Positions 1-13,664 of a stretch of 64,000 nucleotides of DNA are shown one piece after another (positions within the stretch are counted from its first letter, which is position 1; each line of letters begins with the position of its first letter). The DNA is from Phoronis australis (taxonomy: Eukaryota > Animalia > Phoronida). The stretch lies in contig NMRA01000102.1 of assembly GCA_002633005.1 (NCBI GenBank), forward strand, positions 940,880-1,004,879, given 5' to 3'. A model generated the notes under the pieces. The model ran no database searches and was not told where the DNA came from. It saw only the letters and a program-made list of their open reading frames with translations. A program made the translations under genes and the position numbers.

Positions 1-1849
1 GGGACACACGTAACAGATTTGAACTACAAAGAAATCACAAAAGTATTATTGTTATTATAATTGTTAATGTTATATTCTTGTTTGTGTAAGATAGTATATT
101 TAATAGTATATTTTAATAAGAATGTAGGATCCATGTCCATGGTCCGAAGCTCCAGTGTTAGCTCCAATCCTTAGTCTGACTACAAAAATCGGTCGCTCTA
201 ATGTACAAACTTCATAGCTAAATACATACGCCATGGTGTCAAGTATTTCACCATATTAACGAGAGTCACGCGTAAAGTATAACTAAAGATTCCATTACTA
301 CTAAATATATACATCACAGGAATGACAGCTTTTGCAATGTGTGCAAGAATACCTGTCAAATGATTAAAGTTCTACACTAAGAAAATTGTAAAAAGTGTAA
401 AAAATCTTGAAACTAAGTAGATACCTCTCCGGTCTAAATATAGTAAAATATACAGAAAATTCCTTTAAATCCCTAAAATTGACAAAAACTATTTTATGAC
501 AGCTTTCACAATGCATATATTATGAAAAACAACATCCTGTCCAACCTTCGAACTTTTATCATAGCGATATGTAGTGTCTAAAATTTCAATTTTATTTTCA
601 GGTGATACACTAAATAAATGTCACTAGTATGAAGTCTGGAAACTTCTAGGTTAAAGGAAAATTGACCAAACTATGCAGTGATGCTGAAAGTGGTGATGAC
701 AATACGACAGTCTCCACTGAGGAGGGAAAAGAGTCATCGGGATGTGTTAGTGACGCTACAAGTGATGTTCACAGGACATTTAATAAGGGTGTAGCAAACT
801 TAAGAGCATCTGCCTTTGATAATGAGAGTAGCAGTGGATATCATAATTATGTTTTTTTTGCGTCTTAAGCTACATAGTGCCACCTCAGTTCCCTAAGGTC
901 TTCATTGTCACCATCATCACTTCAACAACAGCCTTTCAGAGTTTTGTTAATTAGACAATACAGACGTCAAATGGCACTGCAGTTTTTGCAGTTTAAACAT
1001 CTTTAAAAATAACTGCTTTCAGTTATTGAGAATGGTAATCACTATGTATCAGCATTTTGTATGAAGAAAGCAAACACGATTTAATCAAAAACTATAACAT
1101 TTTCTTTAATTATATTTGTAGTCGCAATTGTCACTAAGGTGGTCGGAGTCTGAAATTGTGGTGACTGGAAGCCTGCTAAGATCCGTATGTTGCGCAGGAT
1201 GAAACTCTTTTTACATGTATATCACAAATATTGTTTCTATGGATATACATGTATCCTATATTTTGGTGCCCATCATTTGATTTTAAAGATAATTTGGATA
1301 TTAATAGTTCACTATGTGCCAGATCAATAAATGATTAAGTTTTCATCTGTGAGTTTTTATTGGCGAATTAAGCAAGAATGTCATTCACGATGGTTTCAAC
1401 GTGTCTGTAGAAGAGTAGTTTTATCAAAGGTATCAACATACACCGTAGAGCCTACAGAGATGGCGTCATCTGCTCACGTTTCAGAACTAGAAAACGGACA
1501 TGTGCCGCACATTACTTTCCCTGTATCTCTCACTCTCATTTCACTTCATGGATATGACTTGAAGGGTAATCGACACTTGTTGTCCCTCTGTACATATCCT
1601 GATGATGTCTTGTTGAATAAGACGAAACGTTGAGTTACCATGAACTTCTTTATTTGTGCGGCAATTGTCCGTTTTCTAATCGTACTTTGGCCAAAAAGTA
1701 TGTGGTTTCAGAATTATAAACAGATGAAAGGATCAATCATTTTTAAGTTTGAAAGTGGTAAAATCTTTGGTGGACCCATACACGTTATTCCAGTGGTCTT
1801 TGGAGGACTGTATTTTTGGCACATAAAACATTAAACGGATGTCACATAT

Positions 1850-2100
1850 ACCTAGTTGTGGGGCTTGTATATTAGGTGGAAAACCGGGTTATAAAAATAC
1901 TAGGGCATATATGTAATGGGACATATAAAGATGCGGGGTATATATTGTATACACCCAATGGGACATATATACTTGCGGGCTATATATTGTACTAGGGTTT
2001 ATACCTAGCGAGGTATATATAATTGCGGGATGTATATTGTTCCGGGGCATATACCCAATGGGGCATATATAGTTGCGGGCTATATATTATATATATGCCC
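1850..2100. repeat. Degenerate ~40-bp minisatellite (GGGCATATATAGTTGCGGGCTATATATTGT-like units)
   Basis: Several imperfect copies of gggacatatat..ttgcggg..tatattgt between 1900 and 2095. Confidence 0.6.
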
Positions 2101-2169
2101 TGGAACGAGGTCTCAAAATTTTACCCCACTGCAAGGTTTCAAATAATAACCCCACATCTGCATACAAAC

Positions 2170-2172
<3 letters not shown>

Positions 2173-2218
<46 letters not shown>

Positions 2219-2782
2219 NNNNNNNNNNNNNNNNNNNNNNNNNNNNNNNNNNNNNNNNNNNNNNNNNNNNNNNNNNNNNNNNNNNNNNNNNNNNNNNNNN
2301 NNNNNNNNNNNNNNNNNNNNNNNNNNNNNNNNNNNNNNNNNNNNNNNNNNNNNNNNNNNNNNNNNNNNNNNNNNNNNNNNNNNNNNNNNNNNNNNNNNNN
2401 NNNNNNNNNNNNNNNNNNNNNNNNNNNNNNNNNNNNNNNNNNNNNNNNNNNNNNNNNNNNNNNNNNNNNNNNNNNNNNNNNNNNNNNNNNNNNNNNNNNN
2501 NNNNNNNNNNNNNNNNNNNNNNNNNNNNNNNNNNNNNNNNNNNNNNNNNNNNNNNNNNNNNNNNNNNNNNNNNNNNNNNNNNNNNNNNNNNNNNNNNNNN
2601 NNNNNNNNNNNNNNNNNNNNNNNNNNNNNNNNNNNNNNNNNNNNNNNNNNNNNNNNNNNNNNNNNNNNNNNNNNNNNNNNNNNNNNNNNNNNNNNNNNNN
2701 NNNNNNNNNNNNNNNNNNNNNNNNNNNNNNNNNNNNNNNNNNNNNNNNNNNNNNNNNNNNNNNNNNNNNNNNNNNNNNNNNN
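2173..2782. other. (TA)n microsatellite followed by an assembly gap (N 2219-2782)
   Basis: Directly visible. Confidence 0.95.
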
Positions 2783-4394
2783 TTTTGCCTGAGGCGCTTA
2801 GGACTTTCGTAATATTCATGATGAAATATTAAGTTGCCTATAACGACAAGGAATTGATATTTTTAAACAGTAACATCTTTTTTGAGATCTCGTCTTGAAA
2901 ATTTACATCAAATTAAAATTAGCCATGTCATTGATGCCGTTCTCTTGCCATCAATGTGTCTTTCGTATTTGCTACATTTTATTAAATATAACTGGTCACG
3001 TCATTCAACTAATGGCAGATTAGTAGAAAGTCAAAAAATTAAAAAGGTAGAATAGGACGAGTATCAGCGATTAACAGATTTTTTCATCGCTTTAAACTAC
3101 ATAGAAGTGGAAAGTGTGTTTATAAGGGTTATTATGACGCTCCATCCAAAGCAAATGGTCAAGTCAATGGAACGACGAGACCGAGACTTCAGCGCTTTTT
3201 TCCTGTGCGTAATTTCGTAAGCTTCAACTGACACGTCTCCAAAAGACATTTTTTCAACTGGTGCCCAATATATTTTTCAACAAGACGTTGACAAATGTCA
3301 TCAAAACTGGTCTAGCTTCGTTGAAGTTATGGCAGAAACTAAGAGAAAAACGTGGCGCAATATAATATTAAACCGATTGAGAAGGGATTGTCTCTCGACA
3401 TTTTTTTGGACGGATGTTTTGTGAAAAGACAGTCTGTTGATAGTTACACTGTCTCCTCATGGTAGACTGGGGTAACATTTCCCTTCACGTTTCATGCGGT
3501 CAGATGTAAGATATTGTCGAATTAAAGTTGTGAGAGACCCTTGAAAATGTTGATTAACATCGGAAAATCACAACCTTATTTGAATGATCCCATTAGCATG
3601 AAATTTTTACATGATATGCTTGTTACACTGTTCTCCTGATTAATGTAAGGAACTTTTGTTTCAACTTTAATGGGCTATCAAGGATTAGTTTTATGATTTT
3701 ATGGAATAACTCAAAAGTGTGTGACGAAAACAAAAGGATGGTTTAGAAAACTGAAATTACAGAGTTTCAGAGATTTCATCCTTTACATGTATGTCGAACG
3801 AATTTTTTATATTGATCACGTGGTTTTCCTATGAATGTGCCTTTCTTTTTTGTTAAATTTTACAAATGGACATGGTTACATGACAGTCTTGGTATGAAGT
3901 CAAAAGTCAAATTCTTCGGGCTTTTTAAGTTAAAAAATTACACTTATGTTTTATTAAAATTCTCTAGTTTTATACATGTTTGATTCAAGTCGGACAGCAC
4001 TGTCGATAAAGTCTTATTAATCTTGACTAATTACATTACAACACACAGTTATAATGCTGGAGACACACAAGCGATAAACATACATTCAAAAGGGAATGAA
4101 CAATATGTCGGAACTTGTTTTAGGTCGACCTCAGTGAGACAAAGGACATCTACGCCGTGGGCTACGCAGGGAGAGGTGACTTCCCGGCTTACATTAAGAC
4201 ATTTACAATAAGTTACAGCAACGATGGCAGTAACTGGACATTCACAGGTAATACTTAAAGATACTGAAACAAAGCTTCGCACGACCGACGGAGTCGCAAG
4301 AAATCGCCAGGTCTTACGAATTCCGACATTCCGATAAAGCGGTCTTAGAGTTTTCTCAGTAAACTCGTACAGCCGCCGTTTTAAGAGGCATCGA

Positions 4395-4646
4395 TATGAT
4401 GGGCCATTGGGGGGAAAGTGTCGCCGGAAAAATACGAGCGTAATTTTGTACATTACGCCGTTATTTACGCCGTTAATTACGCCGTAAAATTACGAGCGTA
4501 ATTCAATTCTTTATGGCGTAAAACTACGCTCGTAATTTAGTTTAAACTATTAACCAATGACGTTGGGTTTTACAATCCAAGATCGCGAGCGCTCATGAAA
4601 ATACTTATATACTGACGGGTTTCATGTCTACGATACGAGCGCTGAA
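4395..4646 (+). mobile_element. Terminal fragment of an element related to the 33.8-45.2 kb TIR transposon
   Basis: TATGATGGGCCATTGGGGGGAAAGTGTCGCC resembles the TIR TATTCTCGTTGGCCGTTCTGTTGAAAGTGTCGCC and is followed by the same AATTACGAGCGTAA-type subterminal repeats; ends at a single N (4647). Confidence 0.6.
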
Positions 4647-4647
4647 N

Positions 4648-4680
4648 TTTCAAATAATAACCCCATATCTGCATACAAAC

Positions 4681-4733
<53 letters not shown>
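4648..4733 (+). repeat. Near-identical duplicate of 2137-2218 including the (TA)n tract; probable contig overlap
   Basis: tttcaaataataacccca(c/t)atctgcatacaaacatg(ta)n occurs at both positions, each next to N bases. Confidence 0.85.
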
Positions 4734-4736
<3 letters not shown>

Positions 4737-5909
4737 TATTTTGGACGCCTGTGGTGGCACTGAGGTTTGCCTGGGAATCAAGATATTATAGTTACACAAA
4801 TTTAAGTGGTGTACAGTATCTTCGATATGGGTGACGGGTGTGATTAACAAAGTATGTGAATTTAGTCAATCTGCCGATCTTTTACTTGAAATGACTCAAA
4901 AGCACTTAATCACAAACACGTCAAGTAACAGTACAGTAAAAGGCACAACTGACGAAACGACGACGTGGAGTTCATTCCCTACATTTTCAATCAATGAGGA
5001 CACAAAACCAAACAGCCCTGATTCGCAAGTGAGCTCAGGTCAGACTTGCAAAGCTTTTCCACCAGTTTGAAAGAAAAAGAATGCCGAAATCGCTTGATAA
5101 AGGAGCACGTTTCACTACGCCACAAGAAAATCAAGAGTGCAGCTTACACTTAAAAAGTTGACACGGATCAACTGAGACGAAACGAGGTATTCCAGAGTGT
5201 AAACGAACTGACACGAGCAAATTGACACCGCGGTGACAAATTTTTGCCACCTATTTATGAGGTAGAGCAATTTGCGCTCGAACATCTTGCGCCGTGTCAA
5301 GTCTAAACGCGAAACTAGAGCAAGGCGGAAAGGATCATCTCTACTGCGCTTGTGCAATGACCTTCATACGGGTTCTTTGTCTCTGCAACTCTCGTCATTT
5401 GTAAACCTGCGCATGTGCGATCCAGTCTCTCCAGCTGCAATTTCCGTCTTGCCACGGTTAGCGAGTTGTGTGTGTAAACGGCCGCTTGACACGGGTCAAT
5501 TTCCTCTGTGTCAGTTGCGCCGGGCCAAAAGTTGATGTTTAAACGGGACTTAACGGGACTAAGGAAATATTGATAAGGTTACTGCACAGACTACCATCTA
5601 CGCACAGGCACTCTCATCGCCTTTTCTCTGACCGATTATGTAATCAAATAAATACCACTTGCCAGTAAAATACAGACATGCATTTCAGGAAAAGCTCAGC
5701 ATGAAACGGCGAGGATTCAGTGGGGCTATGGAAAATGCTTTCTGACGCACCAGTTGTGGGTTCAGCTTACCGGTTTCAACGCACAAAAAAGAATAGACAA
5801 CTTGATATGTTTTCTGAGGCATGCATTAGTGTAGGTCAAGAAAAGAAATAATGTTCTGATCTAGGCGACGAGAGCGAACGACTTTGTTACGCGCGGTAGC
5901 TTATTCGCT

Positions 5910-6140
5910 GATGGTCAGTAGTCAGCACTCATTGGTCCCTTACGTGTCTAGCCAGCACGCAGGAAATCAGCGAGTAGCCAGCACGAAGGTATCACTTAAT
6001 TTTGCTCGGGAATTTTTTTACACCGACGTTTCTGATTGGCTAGTCGAATTTTCAGCAGGCAGCGCTTTACCCAAACAAACTGGCATGACTGACGGACTCA
6101 AATGTAATGTGGTCTGTTGTGGAAACAAATCGCTGCTCAG
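5910..6140 (+). repeat. Dispersed ~200-bp repeat, copy 1 (copy 2 at ~10770-10965)
   Basis: Shared tagccagcacg..gaattttttacacc..tttctgattgg..gtcgaatt..ggcatgactga.ggact..aatgtggtctgttgt. Confidence 0.8.
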
Positions 6141-7609
6141 GAAATGTGAATCCTAGAAATTGCGTTGCCGCCTTTTCGGAGTGCATCTTTCTACTGTCGA
6201 TGACTTGTTTACGAAACTGACCTGTATTCATACAGTATGAACAACACACGGCTTAAATCGGCCGGATATGCCTTTATTGTAGATGTATGTGCTTCCAGCA
6301 CGCGGCTAAACTTGCTCCTCCCTGATCCCGTGACTCTTTGTTTTCACTCAGGGCCTGATGCCGTCTGGAGGCGTTGTCTAAACAATGTATCTCACAGGCG
6401 AATTACGCCTTCAGGAGGGATAGAAGGCAAGAACTTATTGGATTAAGTTTAATTATATCTAGGGTATTCCCAGTTTTCTGTCCAATGAGGATTGAGACAC
6501 TAGACACTGTATTAACTTGTTGTTTGCGAAGTTAATGCCTATTGGTTGTTATTTCTGGATTTTAGAACCATTTCTTCACAAGCAAATTATCACTTCAACT
6601 AAAAACCACGGAGCGTGTTACCTTTGTAGTGGCCGTAGTGGCAACTTTTGAAAGGTTTTAGTGATGTTCCTGAAATACATTTGTTTGATTTGAAGACTAT
6701 AATGAAGCTAACCGCCCTGAATTGGAGCCTGATTGGCATTACATAACACTGCTGTCACCACTTAATTATCTTCTAAGGTGTTCATGTTTAGTTTATTTGA
6801 ACTAACGAGAAACAATAACAAAATGTTCAATTACTGCTCTGTGACAGGCACTGAGCACATACTCTCTTGAAATTGCAGGCTTGATATCTAACAGTTCTTG
6901 AAGTTTTTATTATGGAGGATAGTGTGGATACTGATGACACTGGTCACACTTAGATATCGACTTCAGTGATTATGGATATGATAGTGTGGATACTGATGAC
7001 ACTGAGTGGTCAGATTTAGATACAAATTTCAATGATCTAGATTATGATGGGGATATGCCACATGTAAATCTTTCTTGACACGTTTTCTAGGAATTTAAAT
7101 GAGTTATTTGTAAACAAACAAACAAATGTCTTTGTTTCTGGAAAACGAAAAGTGAAACTATTTGCTGAACCCTTTATCAATACTGAGCTTCAATAAATTT
7201 TATATCAACACGGAGCTCATATACTCAAGATGTTTTGCTGAAAATTTGATAACTATATGTTTACTAATGACTGAGTGACGAGGTTTTAATTATGTTCAGT
7301 GCTTCTGACCTAGTTCTGAGTTAAATACCCTCCGACTTCAAGGGGGTAGACATTGCACAGGTAAGCCAGGCCAGCTGTTTATACCATATGATGCTCAGAG
7401 TCGAATGAGTTTAACATACATGTAACTGCAGAAACGAAATAGTTGCTGTGACGCCACTTGTATGACAAGGCTAAACATCGTTCACAGTCCACCATATTTT
7501 CATGGTGTTTTAAAGCTTATATGTACCAATGACTGCTGAGATTACATCAACCAATGCTAAAGCGCGTGTCACTGCGTGATACCTGTGTGCTGGCTAGGTA
7601 CGTAGGGAA

Positions 7610-8405
7610 CCAGCCAGGGTAGCTTATTAAATTGGGTACGGTGGTTTCCCAACGGGAGTGAACAGTCGTAACGTGACGGGAAACAGAAGATATGAAAGCG
7701 CTCGGAGGTGAAATTGACTGAAATGATGATGATAACGATGTAACGGTTGTGGTGGCGACGATGAGCATGATGATAGCAATCATATGACGAATGAAGATGG
7801 CAGAAATGGTTTACAAATCATGTAGCGCTTAAACACTGCAATCTAATGTTACACGTATCAAATATCGCAACATTAATGGGTAAGCTTGCATGTTACCTAA
7901 AACCTGGTTAGAAAATTTTGGCCTGGAACCAACGCAATGCCAATGCCAAGCAAGCGTTGCACAAGAATGCAAAGTTTAAATGGTACTCTCAACTTTATCG
8001 ACATAAAAAGACTTAAAAGTACTCACACGTATACGAGATAAGGCTCACGAACACCAGTGCGAAAACGGTCTGCATTTTGATTGTTTAGAGAGAGGTAGCT
8101 GAGACACACTACTTGCAGTGACGACTGCTACAGAGTGAGAGAAGAAAGGCCACGCCTTGGTAGAAGATTTCTGCGCATGCCCGTATGAATACAGGGTGTG
8201 TAAACTCTTAGCTTCTTTGCAACCGCCTGTACGCAGTTTTCGTAAAAGGTCCTTGATCATTTGGAAACGTCGCTTGAGTTGACTGGCCGGATTGTTGTTA
8301 CACCACGAGAGCCCTTTAAACTAACGTATCCCTGCTTTCTCATTAGAAAAAAGGCTGCAACGCATTCGTTCTCTTTTTTCCTTTGCTCTGCCAAACAAAT
8401 TAATT
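7610..8405 (+). repeat. Dispersed ~800-bp repeat or duplicated segment, copy A (copy B at 50900-51975); homology resumes at 10608-10720 (matching 51989-52106)
   Basis: Long collinear similarity, e.g. aggctcacgaacaccagtgcgaaaacggtctgcattttgattgtttagag and attcttaatctatacctcattt in both copies. Confidence 0.9.
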
Positions 8406-10980
8406 AAAAACATAGCTTCACACCAAAACAACAGTACTGCTTTTCAAAACAAATAATAGGACGGTTTGAATCTGTTGCACAGGGCAGTTCTTGTTCGAAT
8501 GAGAAAAGCCCAGCAGTAATGACCTTTTCCGACTTCAGCCGAGTCAATTCTGAGAGGCATATGTGCTTACATAACTGTCTGATGTCAGTTCAGGAAGACA
8601 GCTGTGTATTGCAGTGGCTGCAAGCAGTCAACCCTCCAAAATTTTGCTTGCTTCTCGGCAAGAAGATGCAAAGACCAGTGTATCACAGATAATCAAGCCT
8701 AATACAAAATAGTGCAGTTTTATTTTTTTTTCATTTTCAGCAGTGAGTAAAAAGGGTGTCACCTTTAAATTTAACCACAAATTTTATCGAAGTTCGAGTG
8801 GAGGTGGCAATCTCAATGACAGAATTACAAAGACACTTGAAATGGAAGTCTTCTGAACTTGGTTTTTTAATTCATGTGTTAATGTATTGAAATAATAACA
8901 AACCCAAGGCATCAAAAAATATTACCTGAAGATGCCCGTGAAAATATTATTTCAGCCATTAGTTACGACAAGTTAATTCTACCATGCTTTGGTCACTGAG
9001 TCATAGAAGTCAAAGAACAAACCAGAGGACGATTATCATTTAATCCACAGTTCAAATTAAAAGCAAGTGCCTTCAATCGAAATTATCTACATGTATTTGG
9101 TTTCTACAGTGAAAGTCTTTCAAGGTAGTTGAAGGTTACCGCTACTGTACATAAGTCACAAATGATATAATCTCAGTACAGTAAAGTTTATATGTGATCT
9201 AATCTTTTACCAAAATAAGTTACTTAGAATGCACGGTATTTTTAAATTTTTAAAACACCTAAGCATTACAAACGTTATCCAACGAATAGACAAATTTACA
9301 TGATATGAAAGTGGATATGCCTAACTATTGCCATGGCGACCAGGTATTTCGGTACATTAGAATTCGACAAGAATGATTTGAATAAATAAGAAGTAGCTGT
9401 GGAAANTGTAGACCTCTCTCACTAAATTTCATCGTAACTTATTGATGAAAATAAATTATGCACGGTTTTAAACTCGTAACTTATGCTGCTTGTCCAAGAT
9501 GACCAACCAGGTTCAAACAAGTGACCCAAATTGCGCCACAAAATTGCAATAAATGTGTTCTGCTTAACCAGATTTTGATAATTGCTCAATTTTTGTTGAG
9601 TGGGATGCATTAGCTTTCCGATTATATTGAAGTATTTGTGCAAAGCGAAGATAATCGGTTGTATAGCCCTACTCTTACTCACTGTTCATTTAGTCCAGCT
9701 AGCGATCGACTAGGCTAAAATTCAACGGATTGCAACGACAGGTAACAAGCATAAAGCAATTCAACACATCCACCCACAAACACTTACCGGTATGTTGCAA
9801 AAACTGTACTTCAAAAGAAAAGCAATCTACTGGTTACTTCTAATCCTGTCCGACGGTGTCTGTTCAGTGGATCCGCCATTTTGAATGTTACATGTAGGTT
9901 TTAACAGTAGCTCCACTAGCTTGTGGAAAACGACGTCATGAACCGTTTTGGATACTCTCTAAAAGTTCACCCATCCCTGGTGTACAACTATAATCGGATC
10001 ACAGGCTGTCGTTCTAGAAGCAGTCCACAGAAATATATTTGCTGCAGACTACCTAATACGGCCACTCTCCACGCGTGGACTTTGCTAAGTATTCTCACTT
10101 GCAACGCAGTCATGGAACAGTGGCAAACTTGTGCAAAGATACCCCAGCCATTGGCGTATTGCCACAGCCTCTAACTACACAACGGTCAGACATTCTTCTT
10201 CAAATATTTACTCCAGTTTAAATCTAAAAATCCGACTACATTTGAGAAAGTACTCCTCTTGGCACACAGCAATGTACACTGTGGACTCAGTCACGCTGAC
10301 ACTGCAATGATCAGGTCACGTCCCTACTAATTGTAAAATGTTTATGGCAACACACAAGGCATTGTGCATATGCATAGCATTTCAGAAAATTAATGGGCAA
10401 AAGTTGCATAATAAACCTATTCTAACAAACACAAAGATTCCATTTGTGGCAGATAGTCCCAGCCAAGAGTACTTAACCTATGGACAGACTAGGCAGTGAT
10501 CGGGTCAGGAATTCCTGATATGTTCCGGATGTGACGTGTTTCAGAAGATAGCAGAAGTTCAAATTTTTTGTTCTCATAATTTTGTGGGGAAGTGGGAGCG
10601 TTATATCATTCTTAATCTATACCTCATTTTATTTTTGCCATTTTGGATCGGTAGTTTATATTTTAATACCTAGATAACTGTCCTTTTTACATGTACTCAT
10701 TTTACATAGATATTCAATCAATGGAGCCATTCAAAAACCTTTACAATAATTACTGGAGGGCGCGCGTGTACTAGTGGTGACTCGCTGGTTCCCTGCGTGG
10801 CGCTAGATGGTCGGTAGCCAGCACGCAGGTTTTACTTACTTTTCCTCGAGAATTTTTTTACACCAGCATTTCTGATTGGTTTGTCGAATTCCCAACAGGC
10901 CGCTTTTGGCATGACTGATGGACTGAAGTGTAAATGTGGTCTGTTGTACGGACAAATCGGTGCTTCATATTTATGTTCTG

Positions 10981-11338
10981 TGTTATACATGTAGCTTGTT
11001 CGTTTACTCGATAAGCTTAGTCGCCAGATGGTGTTACCCGTAACGTTATTGTACGTTTTACCCACGATGCTCTTTTTCCGTTATTGGCTGCTCCCAGTGG
11101 TTTGTGGTTATCAATATAGTTGTTAGTTATCTGTCAACATCATTGTTATTTCAAAGTTTTCACAATTGGCGACGAGGAAAAACACAGACACGGATAATGT
11201 AAGGAATATAACGCGAACACTGAAAACTGGAATTACTATATGAAGAGGCTGGAGTTTTATTTCGTTGCAAACGACGTGAAAGCCGATGAGAAAAAGAGGA
11301 AGATTTTTCTGACTACATGTGACGCAGCCACTTACTCA
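10981..11338 (+). mobile_element. Gypsy-type 5' fragment: short LTR (10981-11164), PBS and gag N-terminus
   Basis: TGTTATA...TTTCACA, then TGGCGACGAGG (11167-11177, complementary to the tRNA-Ser(GCT) 3' end), then ENWNYYMKRLEFYFVANDVKADEKKRKIFLTTC, typical of a Gypsy gag start; truncated. Confidence 0.75.
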
Positions 11339-12100
11339 ACGCCAGAAATATCTGACATAGGCAGTGCGCATGCGCAGCTAGAAGCTAACTATTCCCCCAC
11401 AGAAATACACACGAAGGGGTTTTCCAAGGAGTTTGGATTTAGGGGAGACAACTCTGCACTTTGCCGATAGCTAGCGAGAAAAACGTAGACGTTAAGGATT
11501 CATTATGCTGAATATTGGAGAGATTGGTGAAGATTTTTCGGTGTCCATTGAACTTTGAAGTTTGAAAACGTTGATGGTACACAGCCAATCTCCCGGAAGG
11601 CAATACTTCAGCCCAAACCCATTTTCAAATCAAATCTGTGGAGAGTATAATTCAGTTCCCTTGTCTGCCGATATAGCGGAGGTCACGAACAGTGTGACCT
11701 ACATATCACAAAATGCCGATTTCGAACAAATTTTCTGAAAAAAAACAACGCCAGAAATTTGTAAAATGCACAACTGCGCATGCGCTAAATCTTGCCATCA
11801 GCCCTCCATAAGAAATACACAAGAACAGGCTATAATCAGCAATTTACAAGTGAGGGGAGATAACTACACAAATTGACGATAACCTGTGGCATAGAGTGTA
11901 TGATAAGACTTGTTACTGCCAAATATCAGCGTCATTGGTGGAAAAGTTTCCACATCTCTTGAAGTTTGAAGTTTGCCCCGTTGAGGCCTATGCTAATGAT
12001 CGTCCGGAAGCCAATATTTGAGTGCATAGCTCATTTTGAAGTCAAGTTTGTGGCTGAATTCATTTTTCCATCAGATTTGCCGATAGCCTAGGTGACTACT
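11337..12100. repeat. Two diverged tandem ~410-bp units, probably a non-autonomous element
   Basis: caacgccagaaat..tgcgcatgcgc..agaaatacac..ggggaga.aact..tttgaagtttg..ccggaag..cattt..gccgata at 11337 and 11747. Confidence 0.7.
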
Positions 12101-13664
12101 AGGAGTACTCAGAGGGTGCTGATCAAAATTTCATGCTGTTTTTCAAAAAAATTTCCACGTCTCTTGTGTTCAGAAAATGGATCCACGTACAGTGCTGTGA
12201 GATGAAATATTGCCGATCGCCTGGTTGTCTTGCATTGAATTTTGCACTCTGTAGATGAAAGACTAGCTCAGAATCTGTAAGAAACTGTTATGTTCATTTT
12301 TTCATCTGGTATGAGATTAGAAATACATTCGAAGTTTGAAAAAAGTAGGATATTATACAGTTTTATTCCGGATATTTCGTTTGTGATCAGTAGTTGATAG
12401 GACTACAACAGTTATCTTCAAAATGTTGTTCCGTTTTTGTGATCCACAGTACGTTGTCCTTCGTCTTAATTCAATACTGTTACTTAGGAGTGGATTCCGA
12501 ACACAAGTTTGTATTGGCAAACATCTGAAAATTAATAAAAATAAAAAGCGCTTTGGCAGCCCGCTTAAGCCAATGCAAGCACACGCGGCTGGCTGGCGTT
12601 CAGTTCAACTTTTTTTGGTTATGTGTACAAGATAACAGTGAGTTGTGACCCCCAATGACCCAGCTAGCACTGTCGTACTGTAGACTGTGGAATTTCAGAA
12701 ATTCCAAATACGGTTATTGTAAACTTGACTATGCTCTGCGGACTACTGACTTCAGCCGGGCTCACGGTACTAGCGCCCAAGCTTCCTGACCTTTAACCTA
12801 ACTATGCGTTGTTGTCATTGGTTAGAGACATGGCGTTAAGCATCACCTAACGGATCAAGAATGTTACAAATTTCTGGCGTTGCGGTGTCCAACATGGTGT
12901 TGAAAACGGGTTCTAGGCCAGAAATGTAAAAAGCAGTCACTTAAAGTTTGGTGGTCTGCAGTACGATTTGCAAGCTCTAATGAGGAAGATTTAGCCCCGA
13001 ATGTTCATTCCCAGTAGTGCAACAAGAAGCAGTCGGTCATGTATTTTGCTAAAAAACATGAATACTGAAAGTATTGCACATAGATCACTTCATGAGACGC
13101 AGCTAGGTTAAGGTTGTACTAATTCTTTTTAACATTATATTGCTGTTTTTAGTAATTTATACTGTGTTGAAGGTATCACATTTATTAGAAAAAAGAGCTC
13201 ATACCCATAGACGGAATATGCGTCATGAGCTTTTCCCTTTTTTGAAAATACAGAGGTTGATGAAAATACCAGCAATTCTCACCATGTTATTGCTGTTGTA
13301 AAGGGGCACGAAAGCTATCAGTTGTATAAATAATCATTTTCCAATGTTTGGAATAGCATTCATAAATTCTACCATAACAAGTCTGTGGTGGTTGATGATG
13401 TAGAATATGACTTGGGTGTATACTTGGCAGCTGATTATAAATTCTTTTTACTCGTCCTAGGTATGAATGGGGCAACCTCTAATTAAGCCTGCATATATTG
13501 CAAGGTTCACAAGGAAAGTCGTTGAAATCTCTCGAAACCTTATTCGTTTTACAACACTGAGACTATGTTCTGGACACAAGGAGACTTTTAGACGTCCCAC
13601 TTGTCCAGTCAGTTTGCCTGCAAATATTTTCCACTAATACGATTGCCGATATCACTTATAATCG

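Noticed and set aside
2023-2832. Long ORFs in the ORF track
   Set aside because: Artefacts of (TA)n plus the N-gap; the same applies to 16693-17157
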